Under the pieces are notes generated by a model that saw nothing but the letters and a program-made list of their open reading frames with translations, was not told the DNA's origin and made no database searches. Of a stretch of 64,000 bases of DNA, positions 1 to 11,700 are shown piece after piece. This DNA is from Tubiluchus corallicola (lineage: Eukaryota > Animalia > Priapulida). Each line of letters starts with the position of its first letter. Positions within the stretch are counted from its first letter, which is position 1. Made by a program: the position numbers and the translations under genes. The stretch covers positions 248,001-312,000 of the forward strand of contig JAQGDQ010000093.1 of assembly GCA_030141605.1 (NCBI GenBank), in the 5' to 3' direction.

Positions 1-407
1 GTAACATTTAATATAATTGTGTTTTAAAAACAGATATAAAAAATGCAAATTTACAACAACTATGTATGTAAAAGTTTGACATGGTGGGCGAATCGTAATG
101 TACATACAAATTGTGTCAATTAAATTCAAAATTATGAAAAAAAGCTTTCGATTTTATTTCTTTATTTTATTTTCAGTAATAATAGTAAGAGTACTAATAC
201 TAATAGTACTAATACTAGTACTAATACTAATACTTTACTAATAGTAAGAGCTTGCGACTGACGCATATTTAGTGTAAGGCACTCAACTGGATGTAAATTA
301 CTGAATATAAAAACGAGTACACTGATGATTATTTGCATATACTTACCTATTTACGAACTTTGTAGTGCAAATACTGCACTAATGAATTATAGTAAAACCT
401 CTTTATA

Positions 408-796
408 CAGGGTTCCTACAGAATTTTAAGATGAACTTTCCTGACCAAATATTGATTTTTAATGACCAAGATAAGCAGAAATTGTGTTACCAGTATACAC
501 ATTCAAACATTTTTGTGTATGGACATTCATACATATACTGATGTATAATGTGTCCGCCAATTATTATTTTTGGAAGAGAAATCGAAACTGGAAATATTTT
601 ATTTGAACACGAATCGCTGAAAATATGTTTGGAAAAAAATGGGTTCACGGTGATAATTTTTGAAATCCTTTCCAATTTCCCTGAATTTTCGCTCCATTTT
701 CATCATTTTCCTTCACTTTTTACCAAATTATCCTTTTCCATGACTTTCCAGAATTGCCTGTATTTTCAAGGATTTTCCCTAACCGTAGGAACTCTG
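408..796. mobile_element. MITE family E (CAGGGTTCC termini, hAT-like); related copies ~13210-13615 and ~42284-42630
   Basis: Three similar copies sharing TTTCCTGACCAAATAT...GATAAGCAGAAATTG and ending CAAGGATTTTCC...GG(G)AACYCTG; imperfect terminal inverted repeats. Confidence 0.65.
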
Positions 797-1997
797 GGAA
801 TTATACTGCCAACTTTGGGACTCCAGAAAAGTTAGCAGTAAGCAAATTTGGCATTATAACGAGGTTTGACTGAACTGTACAAGTCACAGAACTGGATGTA
901 AAATACTGAATAACTAATCTAAAAATAAGTACATTGGTTCTTTACATATTTTTTAGCCACCTATGCAGTTTATAGTGCAAATACATCTACTGCACTAATG
1001 AGTTATAAAGCACATTCATATCCTTTGGACACTAAAACTTGCCTAGTTTTACTACAACACACTTCAATTTTCGCTTAGGCAAACGCGTTGCAACACGCTC
1101 ATGGAATAGTTTTGCTGTTAAAAATTATGTTTGTTTGTGATGTCATTAGAAGTTTAGTGCCAACTGAAGTGAGCAAGAAGCATGACCAATAAAGATGCTT
1201 TTTAAATTTTCCTGCAAAAATGTATTTAATCACATCATTCATTAAGAAACAATACAGTTCCAAGTGAATTACAGTAAGTACATCTATTTTAATTAGAATC
1301 AGAGATCATCAAAAATTTTTAGCACTAGTACAAACCACGATATCTGCAAAATAAGATACACCAATTGGTGAAGACAGGTGCACAAAATATTTAGCTCCAG
1401 GTAAAACCGCGTTATAACGCCCCCTCCTTTATAATGTCAAACTTGCTTAATGCACACATTTTTAGCAAAATAAAACATCTATATGTTCATAGACATGTAT
1501 GTATTAAGACACTTTGTTATGTAGGCTACATAAACAGGATTGACTGCATGTCTTTTTTTGTATGTGCAGCAGCTGCAGGGCAGTAAAAATGTGTGTATTG
1601 TCAGCTGACCACACCCCTTACATCTGTAATGTGAACAAGCCTATTCGCAGTTCCAGTGATCGTGAAAATAGCAAAGGCTAGGTGTATCAAACAACGCATT
1701 TGTGTACACTTGACAATGCCTCGCAGCCCAATATGTTGTAATACTAATACATATATATATATACAGTAGTCGCCGCTTAATAGACTCACGGTTAATAGAT
1801 TCAATCGCTTAATTAAAAATGCCTTAGGCCCTATTTAAAAGCATAAGTACGATAGATATCTTTTTTTACTATTGTTACGTTGTTTTATCACTAATTATGT
1901 AAATAATCTGACTGATTCCATTTGTATGAAATACTTATGTAAAGTATGTTCGAAATGATGTTAATAATATTACTATACTAGATTTTCGGTCTTTAAC

Positions 1998-2336
1998 TAC
2001 ACTCATGTCTCGGTTTGCAGGAAAAAAGCGGGGAAACGTCGGTCCGAATTTGCTGATTGTCCGTACTTACTGAAACTAAGCTAACACAGTAGGTGCAGTG
2101 TATTAGACACATGGTAATGCAGAACCAATCGCCTAATTGTCTCAAAAACGTCTAGTACGGGCTGCTCCTCGCATACAAGCTACCGTGTCGTTACACGCTG
2201 CTTGGTTGTACTGATAAATGATGTAAACAAAGTGACTGCCTGCCAACTAGTGTATGGGACTTTTAACGGATGAGATGTTGTCCGATTATTCTGATATCTG
2301 TAAAAGGGAGGTCCGGCAAACCGAGATACGGGTGTA
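1998..2336. mobile_element. MITE family C (TIR TACACTCATGTCTCGGTTTGC, TA-flanked)
   Basis: Termini tacactcatgtctcggtttgc / gcaaaccgagatacgggtgta; homologous to 54511-54937 and 55471-55900. Confidence 0.75.
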
Positions 2337-2557
2337 TGCACATTGCCAAGGATCCTAATTTAAAGCTAATAAATTCAGACAGCTGGCAAAACAAGAAATC
2401 AAATTTTACAAGGAAGCTGTCTGCACACTAATCAGTAATACATATATACTTGTAAAACATGTAGCTGTAATCAATATACGATGTGTAGCTTAAAAATGTT
2501 AAGCAATAAAAATAAATAAGTGACTTGTGACCATTTCGATCTAGAGTATATCTGCAT

Positions 2558-5540
2558 CTAATAAGAAACATCTAAAGCATGATTAGGCTGGTACACCACG
2601 TTCTCCTTTTGGTCTGGATCTAAATCGCTTAGTCTAGAAATACACTGATTGTGTTCTTGCAACATTTTTGGCAAATTGGCACCACAGCGCTCCCACCTGG
2701 TGGACCGTCGGACGGGCGTCACCACAGCTGAGGGCAGTGAAAGGTCAAAATCGCCGACTGGCTTGCTCTTCCGGAATATTGGAGTGTTGGTCGACAGCGA
2801 CAGCTTGATTTCGCTCGACTGGAACACGTTCCTAGTTTCCACGTCATTCCAATTCGGAGAAAATTTCAGTCGACCTCCTCGTTCGGTGACAATGTACTGG
2901 CCGTGGTGGCACTCTGTCCAGCGACGGCGCGGTCGCTGTCGTGACTTTTTATTTGTTATATTAGCCATAGTCTTGCCAGTGGGTCTTTCATCGCACGAAG
3001 AAGATTTTTGTGCTGGAGCAGGGAAACAAATTTCATCTTCTGATATTTCTTTTGGAAGTTTGACAGGCGGCGAAAGAATTTGACAATGGTCAGATTTCTT
3101 TTCATGCGATCCACTTTGTCGAAATTCTTTGCCGCCATTGTTTGCACTTGTTGATTCCTTGTTGACTTTTTGAAAATAGTCCTTCAGACCAATGGCTAGT
3201 TCCTCGGCAGGTTTTGCCGCATGCTTACTTATCGCCTGTTCAAATATATCCATGACATCACTCACCGCCCCATTCTTTTCGGCCAACTTAGCCCTGACGA
3301 GCCAATACTTGGCCGTTTTCTTGCACAGCGGAATAGAAGTCTCAATTTCATCCAGGAGTTCTGCAACGAGTTCTTGTGGATAACCATCATCCACAAGTTG
3401 CATACACTCGTCAAGCATGCCAGCAAGTTCCCCCATGACAGGATCCGTGAATTTTCGCGGAGTGTCCTGTAGGCCGGTAAGAGTTTCGTTTAGGGACTCT
3501 CCGAAAGGTTTTTGAACGCCGGAACGTCGTTTCACCATTGGTTCACTTTGACGCTGTTTACGTTTCGTTTTCAGATCATCTGCAGATCGGCAGCCAAAGC
3601 ACATTATGTGCCGGTATCTCGTAGGTGTCTTTCCGTGTGCTTTCAGCCAAGCACTCAACTTCTCATTTAAAGTCTTTTCTTTATGTTTGCCAACCGGTAC
3701 AAATACAGACCGGCAACTTTGGGGCGTGGCAACCTTACGTACTCGCTCTTCACTCTTCTTAACTGGTGTTCCTAAACTTCTGGTACCCCTATGGTCCCCT
3801 GTTTTGCCAGACTGTAGTTGTTCATAAGACCTGCCTGCTGAAGGAGCAGAAACTCGTTTACTCGCCGACCGGGCCAAAGGATATGGTGAACCACGAAATG
3901 ATACAGACCTCCTTTTATTCCTATCACTAATCGACTTCGTCTCAATGGTGCCAAGTTCACTAGTTGAACCAAAATGCACTGTTTTACGTTTCTGTTTGTC
4001 GCGTTTTACCGGAGGCGTCGCCACTGGCAAATTACGATCGTTGCTGTCAGATACTTCTAACGTAAAAGACAAGCTCCTTTTCAGTGGTGGAGTTTGTTGA
4101 ACTGGTTTCTCCAGACCTTCCTCATTAGAACCGTCCTTCAAACTTTCATTGTTTCTGCATTTGACTTCTGAAACGCTTGTGTCTTTACAAGCCTGTGACA
4201 CGACGGTTGGTGCCTTCAGAATACCTTTAGCTTGGGAACTTGCCAAGGATGCTGTCCTTCCTTTTTTGTTAGTTACAGGGCCACACTGCAAAGAAGGGTT
4301 GCCCACAACATCTTTCCTATCAGTGTTTGTTGCAGTCTTGCAGGTAACACTTCGTCGATGTTGAGTACTCAGACTACGCCGAGGGAGTCGTTTTCCTTTT
4401 GCAATACTTACAGCTTTAGAATGTATGACAGCCTCAGCAGGTTTTTTCTGAGGCAGGATGGCAGTTTTGTTGACGTTCGGTTGAAATTTTGCACCGCCAA
4501 AACTCGTACTTCTCACCACTGGCTTACTGGCCAAAATTCTACTTTGCGAAGGTTGAGAGTTTGAAGCCTTCACCACGGATTTGGCAGTCAGAAAACTAGC
4601 AAGTTTAGAAGCAGCTGGTACAGCGTTAGTTTTTACATTTGTTCCTGCTACTGGCCACTTTGCATTTGGACACTGATTGGGCGGTTTCACATTTACGCTT
4701 GCACTTCTTACTATCCGCTTGTGAATCTCAGTTTTTTTAGGTGACAACGGTTTAGTGCTTCTACCGCTGCTTGCAGCTGACACACTGCTACAACTTCGCT
4801 TCAGTGGTGGGCCACGCTTGAAAACAATACCCGAATGCCACCTCTCCTTTGCGTCATTTTGTTTACCATTCGCTTTCTTCTTCTGACGCCAAAGTTCAAG
4901 CTTTTCTTTCATTGACAGTTGAGGTGATCTTTTTAGTTTTTTAGCTGGGGATGGAAAGTTGCATGGTGCAGCTTTCCTCTTTGATGCAGTGTTCTTCCCA
5001 TCAATAACAGCTGCCTTTTTCAAGTTCTCATTTTTTGAAATGACTAAAATTAAAAAAATCACAAATGAAGCAATTTTGCCATAAAAAATGAAAAGCAACT
5101 TAGTAGTTAATTTGCACTACCACTTGTTAACGTAATCACAACTGTTTTCGTCTGTATTATATTTTTTATGCCTTATAGTATACTTTGCTGATATTTATTA
5201 TGATTATGCCAGAAATAATTAAGCAAAATGAAACAGTTAAATCGTAGACTATAAGCAACATTCCATAGCAGTAAAGCTGAGAAATTTTGCTGGAATATAT
5301 GGAGGTTTAAAGAACGAAAACTATATCCGCAAATCAGCAGTTTTAATAATGCAAATTTATTAATAACACTGAATATTATAATTATTGATCAATACAATAT
5401 TTATTAGAGACTTAATTAGACTACCTACTAATACTATAGTACAAAAAAGCAAACAAAATTCGATAGTTTTCAATAAAACTTTCACGCCACTTACCAGCAG
5501 CTACGAATTTGTGACCCTCCGATTCTACCAAGTGTGACAT
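2558..5540 (-). CDS. CKAP2: CKAP2/CKAP2L-like cytoskeleton-associated (mitotic spindle) protein, ~843 aa; exons 5495-5540 and 2558-5043
   Basis: ATG at 5540 (MSHLVESEGHKFVAA), donor G|GTAAGT at 5494, acceptor TTTTAG| at 5044 in frame with the long ORF. C-terminus carries CKAP2_C-type motifs: GYPQELVAELLDEIETSIPLCKKTAKYWLVRAKLAE...IFEQAISKHAAKPAEEL, TPVRRSTR and terminal VYQPNHAL. N-terminal half is basic, S/K/P-rich. Confidence 0.82.
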
Positions 5541-5648
5541 TCTTAAATTGAACAGAGGAAGTGCAGTTTAGAAAACTGCAAAGGCTAGATGCAGAATGCG
5601 ACACAAGCTCTCATGCAAGCTCACAATAATTTCAGTTTACGAACGAAT

Positions 5649-5804
5649 TTTAAATAACCGCGTGCTCACAATAACAAGCACAAGTCACATTATCGAAATG
5701 TGATTGGCTAGCTACCTCAATTGGAATATGGTTACTATTAGATTGGATACACATTTTCAGTCAGGTACGTCATTCGCCGAAGGAACGTTGCTTAATTTGA
5801 TTGG
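5649..5804 (-). promoter_or_regulatory. Putative G2/M-type promoter of the CKAP2-like gene: four CCAAT boxes plus a CDE/CHR-like element
   Basis: CCAAT on - strand at 5703-5707, 5720-5724, 5742-5746 and 5800-5804; - strand reads CACGCGGTTATTTAAA over 5664-5649; TGACGTA at 5766-5772; all 110-265 bp upstream of the ATG. Confidence 0.5.
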
Positions 5805-6355
5805 CTAGGTAATAAATTGCAGTGTTGATCTAGCTTAAACCACTTTAATGTACTTCTGTACCACCAGGCAGAACAAACCAATAACATTTAGAAAGTATGC
5901 TAGAGTAAATATTTCTACCGCGTAAACTAAAGTATGCAAGAGTGCCGCGTCACCTTCTGCCGAATTATTTAACCATTCTGAAACCTTGAAATTAATATTC
6001 TTAGAAGAGCAGATTAATTTCCTAAAGTTCCCCATAAGGCAACATGAAGTAGCACGTTTATTTGAAATACTTTAACATTATGCTTTGAACCACAAGCTAG
6101 TGATTAGTTTATAGTTATCCTCTGGACCTCTTCCAAGGCTCACATTAATACTCATAATTAAATTTTGTGCTTTTTGGATACAGATAGTGCAACTGTGCAA
6201 AAATAGATGCAAATTTGATTCTTATTAATTTTATTATGATCAAAAGATTTATAATTTTAATTTAAGAAAATAATATATTAATGATTGCAACTATTTTGGA
6301 AAAAAAAGTGAAATTGCAACAAAACTTCATCACTTTTTTACAAAGTAGTTATCAA

Positions 6356-6361
6356 TTTATT
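6356..6361 (-). terminator. Putative distal polyadenylation signal (AATAAA) of SEPHS2
   Basis: First canonical AATAAA I found on the - strand downstream of the stop codon; ~200 nt 3' of the SECIS. Confidence 0.55.
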
Positions 6362-6562
6362 ACACATACGTGTCAGTTATCATATGGAAAGATACACAAG
6401 AACACGGAAACGTACAAGATTGTTAAAATTATAACATAATTTAATTCAATTTTTCATCACAGGAAGCGAGTAATTATCATAAATCGAGTTTCCTACCCAT
6501 AACGCCAAAAATGTTTTGCCAAAAATCTCGTCCCAACACTGAGGACTGACGGGAAGCTTACG

Positions 6563-6631
6563 AACTTGAAAGATCAGCTGTCCCGCTGAGCTTATTGTGC
6601 TCTTTTCACGGTAACAGTTTCATGCTAAGTT
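6563..6631 (-). promoter_or_regulatory. SECIS element (type II) in the SEPHS2 3' UTR
   Basis: - strand: AACUU-AGC-AUGAA-ACUGUUACCGU-G-AAAA-GAGC-ACAAUAA-GCUC-A-GCGGGACAGC-UGAU-CUUUC-AAGUU. Helix I AACUU/AAGUU, core AUGAA/UGAU with tandem G.A pairs, helix II CUGUU(A)CCGU/GCGGGACAG, unpaired AAAA, apical ministem GAGC/GCUC. Confidence 0.9.
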
Positions 6632-8778
6632 AGGAATTCGATCGCCAGCACTCAATCGTCTGGTATCCCATCTCCCGCTGCCCCATCGGGTCCTGCTAAT
6701 CCCGACGGAAGTGGCGGATAAGAAATACCTTGACAAGAGAGAACGAAAACTTCTTGGCGAACACAGAAAGACATTTTTTACAAGAAACAAAAACCGCCCT
6801 CAAACCCTACAACGTTAAACATTTTTACGATAATTATAATTTTGCAAGAGACAAGTTCGATCTTGCTAATGATATAATCAGCGTCTCATAATACACAATT
6901 TTTCAAACTAACTATTAAATGAGTTTACAATTGTTTACAATAATACTAGTCAGCATTGCCAAATGTGGCATACATACCCCATTATCAATATTTCCTCCTA
7001 TGAAAAATGATAGTTAACTTTACTGAAAATAGTTTAACTAAAAAATGTTTGCCTGCATTTGTAAGGTAGTAGTTGTCGCTAATCAGTTAAATATTCACGA
7101 GGAACCCAAGAAACAACAATTTTCTTCTTTTTTTGTTAATGTGAAACTATTTCGTAAGGAGGCCGTGGAATTGGGAACTACTTTTAGCAGACGTAAAGAA
7201 AAAAGCTTTTGCGTTAGGTTTTTTTACAAAGAGTTTTGTGTTATTTTGTATCTTATAAGTTTTGATAAAAACGTTTAGAGTTCTGATTAATCGATGTGTC
7301 TGAAGCATTTTGTTTTCGCCGGCCTGCTATTGTTATTTGCAGGTTGTCTGTTTTGTTTGAAACAAGCGCTTACCCGGGTTACTCAAAGCGGGGAAGCCCA
7401 TTTCCCTCCTCGCAAAGGTAATTTTTTTTGTTAAATTTAATCATCGATGACAAGTGCTACTCTGAACCTAAAAGGAGTTCATTTTCTATGGTAAAAATGT
7501 ATTATTAAAGTTGCTAGTGTTACAACAGCGTTCTTCAGGAGATTGAAATCCAAAAATGATCAAAAATGATACTTCCGTGAAATGGTCAACAAATTTCAAA
7601 GTCCGAAAGTACACTGCAGTTAATTAGCAGCAATACCGTAACAAAGAACTACTAGACTGAATTTTGAGTTTTAAAAAAATCAATACTACCGAAACAAACA
7701 GTCCCAAACACACAAACGTACTTGCGAATATTGACTTAGTGTTATCGCTGTATAAAAACCATGAAGTTTCTTAATTTCTACAACACAGTGGAAATGGTTA
7801 CTTAATTTTAATGGAAATACCCTGAAGTAGGTTCGGACATCTAATAACTTCGAATTAAACCACCAAACACGTGCACGCCCAAATGGAAATAACATGGAAT
7901 GAAAGAAAGTTAAATTGCGTTCGTAATCATCAGACATGGTACAATGCTTCAATGCTGCCAGACTGTTTGGTCTGCAGAAAAGTGCAATTCAAACAATCAA
8001 AAAATATTATAAAATACCGAGAGACTGTTAATAAATGTACTTAAAAATTCAAACAATTAGAGAATTACACCAAAATTGAATTTATCAAGGCATCTAAAAC
8101 AAAGAAATTTACCAGAATTTAGAAACAACATCAAAATACAATTCAGTAGTTAGATAGCCAAAAGATATATGACATAACATTATATAGATAATTTAACAAT
8201 TTACCTCGCAGATTACATATCTTAATTGGCATGAAACTATGCTACACTCCACAAACAAACAAACCAATATGTTAACAATAACAGAACTTCCAATATTTAG
8301 GGAGCTGCCACTTTGATAATGAACGGTTTGTTCGAAACCGGTTGGGCAATAAATTCAATTTTGATGTAGTTACATCTAGATGTCAAATATGGATATTTCA
8401 ACTAGAGAATCAAGGAAATCTTTACTGTCAATTTTAGGATGTACTAACATTTTGTGAGCAAACTGTTTACATCGGAACACACCAAGGGCTCACAAACGCT
8501 TCTACCCCCATTCACAAAACTACGTTTGAATAAACAATGTACATACACTGACAGAATTAAGCAACTCGTAGCAACAATGGATAAAAAAACCACAAGGTCA
8601 AGCCGTAAGCTAAACATGTAATCACACAAGTACAATCAAACAGCCAGTGTGCGTTGAAAAACAATTAAAAGCTTGCGGTCTATGAAAAATCTGACAAAAC
8701 AGCGTGGATGTGAAAATATTTTACAAATGTGGATTGCTAGCCGTGTACGGAAACCGGAAAGCCATGAGCGACGTGACG

Positions 8779-11700
8779 TTACCACAATTCTCCGTCCTTG
8801 TCCTTCGCCGGGACTTCGATGATCCGGGGTTTATCAATGATCCGCGCAGAGCGAGATCCCTTCTCCACTATACCAATGATCCACGCCTGCCGACCCTCCA
8901 GTTTTTCTATCTCTTTGCAGAATGCAGCTGCTTGTTCACGTGGCAGCGCGATCAATAATCCTCCTAAAAAAACCAATCAGGAATGTGTCTCAAACTGCAG
9001 AGAAAAAATTGCTACCATAACCAAGTTAATCCAAGAACTGTATGTAGCAAACTTAAAGGAAGACAGGATGATTCTTCGTATACTACCCCATTTTCAAGTC
9101 CGATAAAAACTATACATTTCAACACAATTGATACGGTAAAAGCGTTTCTGATAATTAAATAATAGTTTAAAATCTCGAGCCCTGCTATTCATGACGTCAC
9201 AAAGTAACATAATTTTCAGCAGTAAAAATATTCCACGAGCGTGTTGCACGTGTTTGCGAAAGAGAAAATTGAAGCATAGTGCTACTGCAAGATATTCAGT
9301 GCGTTGTATTAAAACTAGGCATGTTTTAAAATAATAACTCAAACTTCAAATTTACCGCTGTACTCACGCATGAGCTGCTGAACGTGTGCAGTTTGTCACA
9401 AACTAACACATCACAGCTGAGATGTACAGCACCTGTTTTTGTGTAATGTGTTTCAGAAATGCATGCGCTAGCAAATGGCAAAATGCATGTAACAGCAAAG
9501 AACTAGTAGTGCGAAATTGCGTTTGTGTGGTAATAATTCTTTCACGCAAGTCATTTTTGAAAAAATAATTCTTCCTTTCTATATCTTAAAGAGTAGATTT
9601 TTTTGACTTAGAGTTCAAGATTGCGTCCAGTTTTACTTTAACTAATTGAGAGCTCTAAAAAACTTATAATAGCATCATTTTCCAATATTTTAGCAATCGG
9701 AATTTTCTGTAACTTTATTCTTTGTTTAAACAGTACAATATGAATATGACGAAATAGGCATATATACATAATACAACACCTTTACAACTAATGGTTTACT
9801 GGATACACACAGGTAATACGAACTCACAAAAATGAGTGAACTTTCAGCATTTTACTTAACAAGTACAGTAAACTCCGCATAACACAAAGTTTTGCGTAAC
9901 ACAAAAAATTTCAACAGAATGGATGAAATCCTTTGTTTTTCCCACTAAAAACATAACTTAACTCAAAAATTATGGCCCATTTAATCAAAATACATGAAAT
10001 TTACTTCGTCTAACTCGAAAATGCAATTTATGTTCTAGAAAAATTAAAGTTTCGTACAACTCAAAAACATTATCGTCTTCCAGGAAAATTCTGATATCTT
10101 ACAAGTCGCTCCCTCCCCGCCCCATGATTATTGGACACACAAACTGAACTGCAGTACGTAAGACGTTGGTAGCCCCACTGTCGTATTGTTTAGCAGTGTT
10201 GCGTACGTCTCGTTTTGTAACATAAAAAATCGTGTTTCACTACATAATTTGTGATTCTTTGACACGTAATTGTCATCAAATCTCGTCATTTATGTATAGA
10301 TGGGGTGACTTTGTGCCTTCTATTTAGCTCGCCGTCTGGATGAGGGGTTGAGAGTTTGTACGCTGGAAAATGGTCAACATCGCTAACTCAAAATGTCGCC
10401 TAATTCGAAGTTTTTTCGGTCCGGTTGAATTTAAGTTAAGGGGAGTTTACTATAGAATAGCTTTGAATGCATCATACTTGATAATTGCGTACTGTGGACT
10501 TTTTGACATACCCAATTGTTTACATTATTATGTATTTATGAGTTTTTCTTGTGTAGTTTACCTTTGCCCTCGCTTTCACACAGCTGTTTTACGTATATAC
10601 GCACACTGGCAGCTCACTGCTGAGATGTTTCATCAAGTGATGAAATCCACTGCAAAATTTTTTTATACAACGGACAAACAGAAATTCTGGGCCAACAAAA
10701 TTGACTGACTTTTTTGGAATCCTATTGATTTACTGAGGATGTCACATAAATTTACAAGTGAACGTGTACACGCATTTTATCATGAAACATCCAATAATTT
10801 CAAGTTTACTGAAGTCACAAAATACTTTTGGCCACACACACAACAAATTAGTTCATTAAGCGGATAAGGATTAGGTTTAGGGTTGAGATTAGGATTAGGA
10901 TAGAGTTAGGGTTAAGATATTTAAATTGGGTGGGGAATGGTAAACAGTGAATGTGAATGTACAAGTAGTTGATACTTGATGGTACTTCACATTCTCTATG
11001 AAGTGACACATTGTGCATAATTTGCACACCTTTGATAAGTGCTTGTCCATCTAGTAGTAGTATATGCACATGACTGACCGCGAATACCTATAGAATACCT
11101 CGGTTATAGAGTACTTTTCTCTAGGTCCATAGCAGGTAGGGGTGAGCATTCTCTACCAAAAAGCAAATTTGAATCGAATCGAATTTCAGTATTTCGAATC
11201 TGAACCGAATTCAAAACGTGTTTTAAAGATTTTCAAACAAGTTTTCGAACCAGTAATAAAAGCGGTCTTGCACAGATCATGCATATTACTTGATTTTGTA
11301 CTTCAGTAAAACCACTATTAGTTTGCTAAAAAAAATTTGCACAGAATCTGCAGCTAAATGATGCTAATTGCATGATGTTTCAAATATTTTGACGATAAAG
11401 AACGTATGTGGCTCAAGTGCTGAACTACTCAAATCTATAATTTCATGTTCTAAGCGAATTCGAACAAAAAATCGAACGTTCGAATGCTCACCAGGTTCAC
11501 TATAATGATGTTATACTGTACAAGTAATACAGGGATATTAGGGATGGAACAGGGGATATGGTATTTGCTAACATTAACCTACATTCTAAGTCTGCATAAC
11601 ACCGGAACTTACCGGAAGTCTCAGCGGAAATTCCCTGTAGGAGCCCAAACAGGTTTCCGCAGGCTTTTGCCACGGCTGAAGTCTTTGCTATGCAAGGAAG

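Noticed and set aside
5044-5098. Hydrophobic signal-peptide-like N-terminus of the 846-aa ORF
   Set aside because: It is the translated polypyrimidine tract of intron 1; the real first exon is 5495-5540.
7905-7980. Second SECIS candidate nearer the SPS stop
   Set aside because: UGA/GA motifs are present, but spacing and helix II do not fit and there is no AA loop at the right distance.
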